From Candidatus Omnitrophota bacterium (GTDB taxonomy: Bacteria > Omnitrophota > Gorgyraeia > Gygaellales > Gygaellaceae): DNA of 64,000 nucleotides. Location of the stretch: NCBI GenBank assembly GCA_018400015.1, contig JAGYNB010000004.1, positions 7,186-71,185 of the forward strand. Reading direction: 5' to 3'. A program made the position numbers and the translations under genes. The stretch's first letter is position 1. Each line of letters starts with the position of its first letter. Below, one piece after another: positions 1 to 8,958 of this stretch. Under the pieces are notes generated by a model that was not told where the DNA came from, did not search any database, and saw only the letters and a list, made by a program, of their open reading frames with translations.

Positions 1-947
1 TTAGCCGCGATCTGAATATGCCCGCTATGGATAATATTCCACAGGATGAGCTTGTCCAATCGGCAAATCTTTTGGTAAAGTTTATTAATGAAGTCAGGAT
101 TTCGTTGGATTACTATAGAAGACAACCTTCATCAAGTTCTATCAAAAAAATAGTTTTGCTTTATGAACCAGGATTTGAAGGCTGGCCTGAATCGCTTTCT
201 AAGGAATTGGGTATTGCCACAGACGGTGTGGCGGTTAATTCTATAAAGGGTTATCCACAGGTAAAGGATTTGGATATTGCCAAGGCATTATCAGTTTCTT
301 TGGTTAATATAAAGTCAATAAGCGCTATAAATTTAGGTAAAAGACGCGGGTTTATTACCTCCAAAAAATCTAAAAAAGAGTCATTAACAACGGGTTTGAT
401 CGCTAAGCTTCAATATGGGTTGTTGGCTCAAGAAAACGTCAGGAACACTTTAATATTTTCATTAATTTTTGTTGCTGTTGTTTATGGTTATGCATTTCAG
501 AAGAGATTACCGTTTTTAAATAAACTTAGCAGTTTAAAGAAACAGATCAAATATTTAGAGATTGGCTGGCCTTATACCTCAAATGAAGACCTTGAAAGAA
601 TCCAGGATAAGTATCAAAATAAATTTAACTCGATTGAGAAAACTTTAAAGCGTAGGGAAACAATTACTCAATGGTTAAATTCAATTCCAAAATTAATACC
701 AAACGGTCTTTGGGTTTCCTCAATCGATATCAAAAGGAGCCAAGATAAAATGAATTTAAAGGTTACCGGCAAAGTCTACCTTAAAAATGAGTCAAAAGAG
801 ATTCAAGCCATAGATGAGTTTGTTACAAATCTTAATAAATCAGCTGATTTTAATAAATTTTTTAATGAGATAGAAATGGGCAGATTAAATAGTACTGAAA
901 AAATAAATGATGTAAGGGTTACGTCTTTTGAGGTGAATTGTAAATGA
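1..947 (+). CDS. Type IV pilus assembly PilM-PilN fusion (5' partial)
   Basis: The frame is open from the window start. The N-part has the PilM C-terminal-like motif EVRISLDYY, followed by one TM helix, a coiled coil and PilN-like IPKLIPNGLWVSSI. First gene before pilO. Confidence 0.7.
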   Translation, partial: SRDLNMPAMDNIPQDELVQSANLLVKFINEVRISLDYYRRQPSSSSIKKIVLLYEPGFEGWPESLSKELGIATDGVAVNSIKGYPQVKDLDIAKALSVSLVNIKSISAINLGKRRGFITSKKSKKESLTTGLIAKLQYGLLAQENVRNTLIFSLIFVAVVYGYAFQKRLPFLNKLSSLKKQIKYLEIGWPYTSNEDLERIQDKYQNKFNSIEKTLKRRETITQWLNSIPKLIPNGLWVSSIDIKRSQDKMNLKVTGKVYLKNESKEIQAIDEFVTNLNKSADFNKFFNEIEMGRLNSTEKINDVRVTSFEVNCK

Positions 948-1504
948 AAGTTGACCTAAAACAAAGTATTAATGTTAAAGAATTGCTTTCAACTGTTCTT
1001 GCCCGTAAGGACTTTATAGTTATTGCCGTAATTATATTATTGACGTTGCATTTTTCTTCTAAAGTTTATAAAGCTGAAGTTGCAAAAATTAATAGTATAA
1101 AGGATCAAGTAAGGCAAAAAGAGGTAGAAATTGAGTATTTGAGGAATATCCAGTTGCAGGAGAAAAAGAATTCGAAATTTAGCAGTAGTTTTGAAGACAT
1201 AACCTTATCTGAGTTAGTTAGAAAAGTGACTCAGTTTGCAGATAGCTATAAGTTGAGGGTAGTGGGAGTTGATCAGCAAAAGACCGATCAGGAAAATTTA
1301 TTTGATGTTATATCTTTTAGACTTTCCTTGGAGGGCTTTTATCATGATTTTGGACAGTTTGTAAGGGATATTGAGAACTCTCCTGAATTTGTATGGTTAG
1401 AAAATATTAGTTTGACGCCCTTGAACAGATACAATGACGTAAAAGATAATGCATTAAAAATAAATATGAAAGTTTACTGCGCTTTATTAAAAGAAAAAAG
1501 ATGA
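944..1504 (+). CDS. pilO: Type IV pilus assembly protein PilO
   Basis: N-terminal TM and coiled coil, PilO-like LEGFYHDFGQFVRDIE, operon position. Confidence 0.8.
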   Translation: MKVDLKQSINVKELLSTVLARKDFIVIAVIILLTLHFSSKVYKAEVAKINSIKDQVRQKEVEIEYLRNIQLQEKKNSKFSSSFEDITLSELVRKVTQFADSYKLRVVGVDQQKTDQENLFDVISFRLSLEGFYHDFGQFVRDIENSPEFVWLENISLTPLNRYNDVKDNALKINMKVYCALLKEKR

Positions 1505-1923
1505 AACAGATTAATTTAATTTATATTTTTATATTTTTTATTATGTTTGGTTTAGTAAATTCGTCTCTGGCCGCCAATGACGGAAGAGCACTGTTAATTT
1601 ATGACAGTATGAGTTTTAGGGATCCGTTCGAACCAACTTTGCCAATTGATCTTATGCAGCCTGAAAAAGTTGATAATCAACAAAAAGTAACCGTAAGAGA
1701 AGAGCAAATCGTTCCTCCTACTTTTAGCGTTCAAGGTGTCATTTGGGGAGGAGATATTCCTTTGGCAATTATAGATAATAGTGTAGTAAAAATTGGCGAT
1801 GTGGTAAAAGATGCAAGTATTGTCGATATCAAAAAAGAGAAAATAGAATTTGTTTATAAAGGCAGGTATTTTGAGATACCTACTACTTATTCAACGAATG
1901 AATATATTTCAAAAAAAGAATAA
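1501..1923 (+). CDS. PilP/GspC-like periplasmic pilus assembly protein
   Basis: Signal/TM segment, RDPF motif, VQGVIWGGDIPLAIID beta domain; lies between pilO and the secretin. Confidence 0.65.
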   Translation: MKQINLIYIFIFFIMFGLVNSSLAANDGRALLIYDSMSFRDPFEPTLPIDLMQPEKVDNQQKVTVREEQIVPPTFSVQGVIWGGDIPLAIIDNSVVKIGDVVKDASIVDIKKEKIEFVYKGRYFEIPTTYSTNEYISKKE

Positions 1924-1938
1924 TATGGAGGCTTAATT

Positions 1939-3441
1939 ATGAGACATAATATCAATAAGATTACAGTTTTTATGGCTTGTATGTTGCTTGCGGTTTGTGT
2001 TGGTAGATATGTTTTTGCACAGTCTCAGATAGGAGCAGACTTATTGTATTTTCCTGATCCTACGAAAAAGATTTCTATGGATTTTAAATCAGCTTCATTA
2101 AGAGATATATTAAAGTCCTTTTCTATCCTTTCCGGGCTTAATTTTGTGGCAACAGATTCTGTTCAGGATAGGCAAATCAGCCTTTATCTTGATCAGGTAC
2201 CAATAAGAGATGCCATGGATAAGATATTTAAGGCTAATAACCTTGCTTATGAAATGGAAGAGGATAGTAATATTTTTATTGTTAAAGAGATGGGCCGTCC
2301 TACGATTGAGGTAATTTCAAGAACTTACGTATTAAAGAACGCGATTGTTTCTAATTCTAACCTTGCTACGGCAATCAGCACTGGTTTAAGCGATGATGGC
2401 ACAAGTAAGATTATGAACGCAGTGGAGAATGTGTTAAGTGAAAATGGTTCTGTATCTGAAGACGGCAGAACGAACAGTCTTATTGTAACGGACGTTCCGT
2501 CAAGATTTCCATTAATCGAGCAAGTTATAAACTCGTTAGATACTTCGCAGCCGCAGATTTTAATCGAGGTACAGATGCTTGATGTGAAAAAGGAAATTGC
2601 AGATTATATTGGCGTTGACTGGGGTGACGGTTATGGTTTTGCGATGACCGGAGCAAGCCTTGCTCAAGGTACAGAATTTCCTCTGGGGACAATGTTTCCT
2701 GGAAAAAGAAATGCTTCAGATGGCCCGCCGTGGATAACTCCTGGAACAGCTGGTTTTTCTAATCTAGAAGCAACTATGCAATTTATTACAACTCATACAG
2801 ATACTAAGTTTCTTGCAAGGCCAAAAATATTAACTTTAAATAACCATTCAGCTGAAATAAAAATAGTTACCGATGAAGCAATTGGTAAGACTGTTTCTAC
2901 TTCGACTGAAGAAAGCGGCGCGACATCATCAGCAGAAGAGGCAGAGCGTGCCGAAACAGGTATTTCTTTAAGAGTTACACCAAGTGCGAACATGCTTACA
3001 AGAGAAATCACACTTTATTTAGAGCCAGCGGTAAAAGAGGCGAATTTAAGTAATATAACTATTGTTACCGATGCGGGCAGTCAGAGAGTACAGGATCCCG
3101 AAGAAAGATATACAAAGTCTGTTCTTAAGGTTAAAGATGGTGAAACTATCGTTGTAGGCGGTATGATAAAACACTATGAAAGAGTGCAGGTAAAAAAAGT
3201 TCCAATATTAGGAGACATTCCTTTTATTGGTGCTGCTTTTAGGCATAAAACCAATGAGCCTGAAGATAGAGAATTAATCGTATTTATTACTCCTCGTATT
3301 GTCGATGATACTCTTAAGGCTAACGCTAAGCTTTCTTCTGCCAATTATCCGGCATTACCTGTAAGAGAGCAGCAGTCCTTTTACGTAAAACGCAACACCG
3401 TAATTGATAAGGCGCTTACTAGATACGAAGAGGATTATTAA
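1939..3441 (+). CDS. pilQ: Outer-membrane secretin (PilQ/GspD family)
   Basis: Signal peptide, STN/N0-like ISMDFKSASLRDIL, N3 domain (DGRTNSLIVTD), secretin signature VPILGDIPFIGAAFR...ELIVFITPRIV. Confidence 0.9.
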   Translation: MRHNINKITVFMACMLLAVCVGRYVFAQSQIGADLLYFPDPTKKISMDFKSASLRDILKSFSILSGLNFVATDSVQDRQISLYLDQVPIRDAMDKIFKANNLAYEMEEDSNIFIVKEMGRPTIEVISRTYVLKNAIVSNSNLATAISTGLSDDGTSKIMNAVENVLSENGSVSEDGRTNSLIVTDVPSRFPLIEQVINSLDTSQPQILIEVQMLDVKKEIADYIGVDWGDGYGFAMTGASLAQGTEFPLGTMFPGKRNASDGPPWITPGTAGFSNLEATMQFITTHTDTKFLARPKILTLNNHSAEIKIVTDEAIGKTVSTSTEESGATSSAEEAERAETGISLRVTPSANMLTREITLYLEPAVKEANLSNITIVTDAGSQRVQDPEERYTKSVLKVKDGETIVVGGMIKHYERVQVKKVPILGDIPFIGAAFRHKTNEPEDRELIVFITPRIVDDTLKANAKLSSANYPALPVREQQSFYVKRNTVIDKALTRYEEDY

Positions 3442-3443
3442 TC

Positions 3444-3471
3444 TTTACTTCTTTTCTTTTTCAATTATAAT
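3444..3471 (+). promoter_or_regulatory. Putative sigma70 promoter for pilB (possibly leaderless transcript)
   Basis: TTTACT-16 nt-TATAAT ending 7 nt before the ATG at 3479; no SD. Confidence 0.45.
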
Positions 3472-3478
3472 ATAATTA

Positions 3479-5185
3479 ATGGCACGACTATATATAGGTG
3501 AATTATTAATTCAGGAAAAATTAATTACTGAAGATCAGCTTGAAAAAGCCATTCTTACACAGAAAAGAGAAGGCGGTAGAATTGGTGAAATCTTAATAAA
3601 GATGGGTTTTGTTCAAGAAGCAGATGTTATTAAGATAGTAAGTAAACAGCTTAATATCCCTTACGCCTGCGAAAATTCCAAAATGCTTTCCCCGGCAACA
3701 GACCAGGGCCTAGAAAAGCTTATCCCCAGAGATTTTGCTTTAAAAAATTTAGTTTTGCCTTTATCGCGTAATCTAAATTCTCTAACTTGCGCAATGTTTG
3801 ATCCATTGGATATTATGCTTATGGATAATCTGCGTAAATTAACCCGTTGTGATGTTAATCCTGTTTTGGCAACTCGTTCGGATATTATTAAAGCGATAGA
3901 GCTTTTTTATGGTAGAGGTAACATGTTTAAGGACGCTGTCAGGGATTCTTATGGGGCTATGGATGAGGTTCCTGAGGAAAGTGCTGATGAAATTACTAGC
4001 ACTTTAAGTCTAGATAAGCTTATTGCAAGAGCAGAAGAGGCTACAGTCGTAAAATTGGTGGATTTGATAATTAGGCAGGCTATTGATGAGAGTGCATCTG
4101 ATATACATATTGAACCTTTTAAAGACAGAATAAGCTTGCGTTATCGAATTGATGGCAAACTTTATGAAATACCTCCTCCGGCAAGACATCTGCTTTTACC
4201 GATTATATCCAGAATTAAAATTCTTTCTAAGCTTGATATTGCTGAAAAGCGTCTTCCCCAGGATGGTGCATTTGGGGTTAAGATGGAGGATAGAGTTATT
4301 GATTTACGTGTTTCCTGTGTGCCTACTATTTATGGGGAAAAAGTTGTTTTAAGGATTTTAGATAGAAGTAAAGTTGTTTTAGATCTGGATCGTCTTGGTT
4401 TTGAGCCAAAGCAGTTAGAGGATTTTAGGCGCTGTATTAACTATCCTTATGGTTTGGTTTTTTTAACCGGTCCTACAGGTTCTGGCAAGACCACGACTTT
4501 ATACGCAGCATTGAATGAATTAAAGAACCCTACGAAAAATATTGTTACCGTAGAAGATCCTGTTGAGTATAAACTGGATAGCGTTAATCAGGTACAGATA
4601 AAGCCGGAAATAGGTTTAAATTTTGCATCAGCCTTAAGAAGTTTTTTAAGGCAAGATCCCGATATCATGTTAGTAGGAGAGGTTAGGGATTTGGAAACCG
4701 CTGAAATATGTATTCGTTCTGCCCTTACGGGACATTTGGTTTTAAGCACTCTTCATACTAATGATGCGCCATCAGCAATAAGCCGTCTTGTTGATATTGG
4801 AGTACAGCCGTACTTATTAGTGCCTTCTTTGGTATGCGTTGTTGGCCAAAGATTACTGCGAAAACTTTGTCCTCATTGTAAAGAGGCGTATGAACCCAAG
4901 GCGCAGGAATTAGGAGGTATAAAACTCAAGACATCCTTAATCTATAAACCAAAAGGATGTCCAAAATGTAATCAGATAGGTTATCATGGAAGAACGGTTA
5001 TTGCTGAAGTCTTGGTGGTTGATGATAATGTTCGCAAACATATGTCAGGAGAGGCTAATTTACTGAATTTAAAAAATATCGCAAAAGAATCAGGTATGGT
5101 TACATTATATGAATCGGCTATTAAAAAAGTAGAAGAAGGAATAACTAGTTTGCAGGAGGCTCTTAGCGTTTCAATGAGTTTTTAA
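3479..5185 (+). CDS. pilB: Type IV pilus extension ATPase PilB/GspE
   Basis: MshEN-like N-terminus (IGELLIQEKLIT, RIGEILIKMG), Walker A GPTGSGKTT, LRQDPDIMLVGEVRD, CPHC...CPKC zinc motif. Confidence 0.95.
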   Translation: MARLYIGELLIQEKLITEDQLEKAILTQKREGGRIGEILIKMGFVQEADVIKIVSKQLNIPYACENSKMLSPATDQGLEKLIPRDFALKNLVLPLSRNLNSLTCAMFDPLDIMLMDNLRKLTRCDVNPVLATRSDIIKAIELFYGRGNMFKDAVRDSYGAMDEVPEESADEITSTLSLDKLIARAEEATVVKLVDLIIRQAIDESASDIHIEPFKDRISLRYRIDGKLYEIPPPARHLLLPIISRIKILSKLDIAEKRLPQDGAFGVKMEDRVIDLRVSCVPTIYGEKVVLRILDRSKVVLDLDRLGFEPKQLEDFRRCINYPYGLVFLTGPTGSGKTTTLYAALNELKNPTKNIVTVEDPVEYKLDSVNQVQIKPEIGLNFASALRSFLRQDPDIMLVGEVRDLETAEICIRSALTGHLVLSTLHTNDAPSAISRLVDIGVQPYLLVPSLVCVVGQRLLRKLCPHCKEAYEPKAQELGGIKLKTSLIYKPKGCPKCNQIGYHGRTVIAEVLVVDDNVRKHMSGEANLLNLKNIAKESGMVTLYESAIKKVEEGITSLQEALSVSMSF

Positions 5186-5189
5186 AAAA

Positions 5190-6431
5190 ATGGCGAAATT
5201 TGATTATGTTGTAAGAGAAGCGTCTGGTAAAAGAATAACCGGCACCGAAGAAGCTAATTCTGCAGAAGAGGTTATAAATAGGCTTCAGGGCAGAAATTTA
5301 ATTGTTGTTGAAGTAAATCAGAAAAAAGAGTCGGAGGCTTTAAAGTCAATCTTTACGCAGGTAAAGAAAAAACGTTTTAAGTTTGCTCATTGGAGAATAA
5401 AAAGTGCTGATTTGGTTGGTTTCGCCAGGCAGCTTGCTACTATGCTTTCAGCTGGTGTTAGTGTTTTAAAGAGCCTTGAGGTTATTGCGCCCCAAACTTC
5501 CAGTAAAAGATTGTTTGGAATACTGCAACAGATTGTAAAAGATGTAAGGAACGGTTACTCGCTTCACAAGGCGTTTGCAAAACATTCTGCAATATTTTCA
5601 GACCTTTGGATAAATCTTATGGAAACTGGTGAAGCCAGCGGTAATTTGCCGGTTGTTTTAGACAGGCTTGCCTATTATCTGGAAGCACGCGAAGATTTTA
5701 AAAGACGATTAGTAAGTGCGATGATTTATCCGGCGATTATTTTTATAGCTGCAATCTTAGCATTGTTATTTTTTATATTAAAAATTATACCTATGTTTAA
5801 TAAGCTTTATGATAGTTTAAATGCAGAAATGCCTGCTCTTACGAAATTCATTATGAATATAAGCGTTGTGGCACAGAAGATTTTCTTACCATCTTTAATA
5901 ATTACTTTTTTTGTTGCTGTATTTTTAAGACAGTATTTAAAGAGTGATATCGGTAAAAGGAATTTTGATTATTTAAGGTTTAATCTTCCCATTTTAGGTG
6001 AAATATCAAAAGATTTGGCTGTGGAACATTTTACGTCTGAGATGGCAACTTTAGTTGAAAGCGGAGTGCCAATACTTTATTCACTTGAAATAGCTGAGCG
6101 TAGTTCCGGTAATTATGTTATGCAGGATGCTATCCGAAAGATAAAAGAAAACGTTCGTGATGGTAAGCTTTTGGCAGACCCGTTAGAAAAAAGCGGTCTT
6201 TTTCCGCCAATGGTCGTGCAGATGGTTTCCATTGGTGAAGAGATCGGAGAATTATCCAAGATGTTCAAGCGCCTTGCCAATTATTACGAACAGCAGGTAG
6301 AAACTTTTATTACCCGTTTTGCATCAATATTTGAGCCCTTCTTATTGATTTTTGTAGGTTTAATTATTGGGTTCTTGGTAATTTCTATGTTTTTACCTAT
6401 CTTCAGTATTGCTACCTCAAGCACAATGTAG
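5190..6431 (+). CDS. pilC: Type IV pilus platform protein PilC/GspF
   Basis: FARQLATMLSAGV, GEASGNL, AMIYP, GEEIGEL motifs; three TM segments. Confidence 0.95.
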   Translation: MAKFDYVVREASGKRITGTEEANSAEEVINRLQGRNLIVVEVNQKKESEALKSIFTQVKKKRFKFAHWRIKSADLVGFARQLATMLSAGVSVLKSLEVIAPQTSSKRLFGILQQIVKDVRNGYSLHKAFAKHSAIFSDLWINLMETGEASGNLPVVLDRLAYYLEAREDFKRRLVSAMIYPAIIFIAAILALLFFILKIIPMFNKLYDSLNAEMPALTKFIMNISVVAQKIFLPSLIITFFVAVFLRQYLKSDIGKRNFDYLRFNLPILGEISKDLAVEHFTSEMATLVESGVPILYSLEIAERSSGNYVMQDAIRKIKENVRDGKLLADPLEKSGLFPPMVVQMVSIGEEIGELSKMFKRLANYYEQQVETFITRFASIFEPFLLIFVGLIIGFLVISMFLPIFSIATSSTM

Positions 6432-6457
6432 GGGGGGGATGTAATTATTTAAAATTA

Positions 6458-6486
6458 TTGACACGCTTATTAGAATATACTAAACT
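6458..6486 (+). promoter_or_regulatory. Sigma70 promoter of the major pilin
   Basis: TTGACA-17 nt-TAAACT, then SD AAGGAGG before ATG 6520. Confidence 0.7.
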
Positions 6487-6519
6487 AATATATATTATTA
6501 ATCATAAAAAGGAGGAAAG

Positions 6520-6906
6520 ATGAAAAAAGGTTTTACGCTGTTAGAGCTTATCATAGTTATTATAATCGTTGGTATTTTGGCAACAATTGGTTTTACTCAG
6601 TATCAAAAGACTGTTGAAAAAGGCCGCGCCGCAGAAGCTAGATCTGTATTAGGAACTTTAAGAACCGCTCAACAGGCTTATTATTTAGAAAATTATGCAT
6701 ATACGTCAACTGAAGCAGATTTAGCTGTTGATGTTCCTTATGGTGCTACTTGTGAAGGTACACATTGGTTTAGGTATACTTGTGATAACGCTGGTGAATG
6801 TACGGCAACACGCTGTACCAGTGGAGGAAAAGATCCTAATTTCGATACTGCTTACAGTATAAGTCTTTCTGCTAACGGAACTTGGACTAATACTAGCGGT
6901 TATTAA
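6520..6906 (+). CDS. pilA: Type IV pilin, probable major pilin
   Basis: Class III signal MKKG|FTLLELIIV; own promoter and strong SD; four Cys. Confidence 0.85.
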   Translation: MKKGFTLLELIIVIIIVGILATIGFTQYQKTVEKGRAAEARSVLGTLRTAQQAYYLENYAYTSTEADLAVDVPYGATCEGTHWFRYTCDNAGECTATRCTSGGKDPNFDTAYSISLSANGTWTNTSGY

Positions 6907-6913
6907 TAGTTAG

Positions 6914-7351
6914 ATGTTTAAAGCTTCTTTTACATTAATAGAGTTACTTATTGTAATTATAATACTTGGAATCATAGCCGGGATAGGTATTCCCGGCTAT
7001 GTTAAAACCCGCGAGTCTTCTTTGGACCGAGAGGCCAAGGCAGCCTTAAAGATTGTACAGGCTGCAGAGGATAGTTATTATCTGGAAACGGGCGAGTATT
7101 ATTTGAATGGCAGTAATTTTTTTAATTGTTGGGATATCAATACGTTAAATGATAATTTAGTACTACGATTGGACGGTGACAACTGGGGCTATTGTACAAC
7201 GTTTAATCCTTCTGGATTTGCTGCTTTTGCAGCTAGACAAGATTATCAGCCGGGTGGAACAATAAGGTTGTGGCGTATTTTTCCAACAGACAAAGAAGCC
7301 TGTTGTGTACAGGGTTGTGATCAATCAGCAGCAAAGCCAGTTTGTCCTTAA
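6914..7351 (+). CDS. Type IV pilin (minor, PilE-like)
   Basis: KAS|FTLIELLIV N-terminal methylation motif; Cys-rich C-terminus. Confidence 0.85.
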   Translation: MFKASFTLIELLIVIIILGIIAGIGIPGYVKTRESSLDREAKAALKIVQAAEDSYYLETGEYYLNGSNFFNCWDINTLNDNLVLRLDGDNWGYCTTFNPSGFAAFAARQDYQPGGTIRLWRIFPTDKEACCVQGCDQSAAKPVCP

Positions 7352-7363
7352 TACAATTCATAA

Positions 7364-7822
7364 TTGAAAAACATTCTTTTAAAGTTAGTGTGGTATCTAA
7401 AAAAAAATAAAAAAGGCATGTCAATGATTGAGATCCTTGTAGTTTTAATAGTTGTCGGTCTATTGGTAAGTTTGACATTCCCTGGTTATGTGAAGATGAA
7501 AGAAGGGGCTATTGATAGAGAGGTTAAAACTGCCCTTAAACTTATACAATCAGCACAGAAGATATACAGATTATCAAAGCCTTATTATTACGGCAATCAA
7601 GCGTCCTGCTCAGCTGGTGATGACTACATAGATAATATCAATACAAAGTTGCATCTTGATTTGAATAATCAAAATTGGCAGTATTGTGTAGAAACAGATC
7701 CTGTTACTCATTCAGATTATATAGCAGAAGCCACTAGAACAAAAGGTTCTAGTCGGACTTGGCGTATTGGCAGCCAGGATGAAAATCCAACTTGTGTTGG
7801 AAATTGTATACCAGGCTCATAA
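7364..7822 (+). CDS. Type IV pilin (minor, PilE-like); start uncertain (TTG 7364 or GTG 7388)
   Basis: KKG|MSMIEILVV motif; paralogous to the previous pilin (PGYVKxxExxxDRExKxALK). Confidence 0.85.
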   Translation: MKNILLKLVWYLKKNKKGMSMIEILVVLIVVGLLVSLTFPGYVKMKEGAIDREVKTALKLIQSAQKIYRLSKPYYYGNQASCSAGDDYIDNINTKLHLDLNNQNWQYCVETDPVTHSDYIAEATRTKGSSRTWRIGSQDENPTCVGNCIPGS

Positions 7823-7827
7823 GACAA

Positions 7828-8196
7828 ATGAAAAACAAAAAGGGATTCTCCATATTAGAAGTTTTGGTAGCGTTAATTATTATGGGTTTGGCGCTTTTGG
7901 GAATGTTTAGTGTTTTTATCGCTGGCAGAAGATATACCGAGCGCTCTCGCAGAAAACTTACCTCAATAAATATCGGCAGAAAAGTTTTAGAAAGTTTAAA
8001 AGATGATGTAAGACAGGATACTTGGGATACAGGCAATCTTAGCGCTGGTACGGGTTATACCGTTGATCCAAGTATATTACCGGAAAGATTTTTAACATAT
8101 TGGGACGGGACTGTTTATTATGATGTTTCTCAAGTTGGCACATCAAACATAAGACAAGCAAGTATAACTGTTCGCTGGAATGAGCCCTCAGAATAA
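7828..8196 (+). CDS. Minor pilin, PilV/GspI-like
   Basis: MKNKKG|FSILEVLVAL; start moved to ATG 7828; C-terminal ITVRW. Confidence 0.8.
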   Translation: MKNKKGFSILEVLVALIIMGLALLGMFSVFIAGRRYTERSRRKLTSINIGRKVLESLKDDVRQDTWDTGNLSAGTGYTVDPSILPERFLTYWDGTVYYDVSQVGTSNIRQASITVRWNEPSE

Positions 8197-8794
8197 ATCC
8201 TACGGTATTAGCTTAATAGAGCTACTTATTGCAATTCTTTTGTTAAGCGTGGTGGTTTATGCAACCAGTGTGGTGGATTTAGCCAGCAAAAGGCAACTTC
8301 GGGAGATTGACAGGCAAACCGTCTTATACAATGAAGTAAACTATGCCATGGAAACCATGGTTAAAGATTTGTCTCAGTCAACAGGAGTGTTGTCAAGTCC
8401 TGCAGTTTGTGTTGCTAACAATTTGTTGAATCCGCCTAATTGTAATAGTTCGTTCGAACAGACAGGTACAGTAGTAATGTTTCGTAAATCAGACAATACC
8501 ATATCTGATTTAAGCGATAACACCTGGGGGGGGTATGAGTATGATGACAGCGTAGCTAATGCTAAAAAGATAGTTCGTTATAATTTTGACGGCTCTAGTT
8601 GGGATTCAGGAAAATCTATTACTAGGCCCAGAATAAGCTCAGCCAGTTTTACACGTTATTCCGGAGAAGATGCAAATAAGATGTTTATTTATATTTCCGC
8701 ACGCGATGATTTAACAAGATCAGAAGACCCGATGAATAATCCGGAAGTTTCTCTGGAATCAGATGTTACTATCAGCGCCATGTCTGTGCGTTAA
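8180..8794 (+). CDS. Minor pilin, PilW/GspJ-like
   Basis: SYG|ISLIELLIAI; AMETMVKDL helix typical of PilW. Confidence 0.75.
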   Translation: MSPQNKSYGISLIELLIAILLLSVVVYATSVVDLASKRQLREIDRQTVLYNEVNYAMETMVKDLSQSTGVLSSPAVCVANNLLNPPNCNSSFEQTGTVVMFRKSDNTISDLSDNTWGGYEYDDSVANAKKIVRYNFDGSSWDSGKSITRPRISSASFTRYSGEDANKMFIYISARDDLTRSEDPMNNPEVSLESDVTISAMSVR

Positions 8795-8825
8795 GGACAG
8801 ACCCACCTTAAGTTACAATAATCTA

Positions 8826-8854
8826 TTGAAAGAAAATCTTCGCTGTGTTATATT
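8826..8854 (+). promoter_or_regulatory. Sigma70 promoter of the tRNA-Ala/amr operon
   Basis: TTGAAA-17 nt-TATATT with a TG extended -10. Confidence 0.55.
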
Positions 8855-8869
8855 CACAATATAATATTT

Positions 8870-8943
8870 GGGGCCATAGTTAAACGGGATAACATAGCGT
8901 TCGCATCGCTAAATTACGGGTTCGATTCCCGTTGGCTCCACCA
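8870..8943 (+). tRNA. tRNA-Ala(CGC)
   Basis: Acceptor GGGGCCA/TGGCTCC with G3:U70; anticodon arm TAGCG-TTCGCAT-CGCTA; T loop TTCGATT; encoded CCA. Confidence 0.95.
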
Positions 8944-8958
8944 AGTATCATTTAAAAG

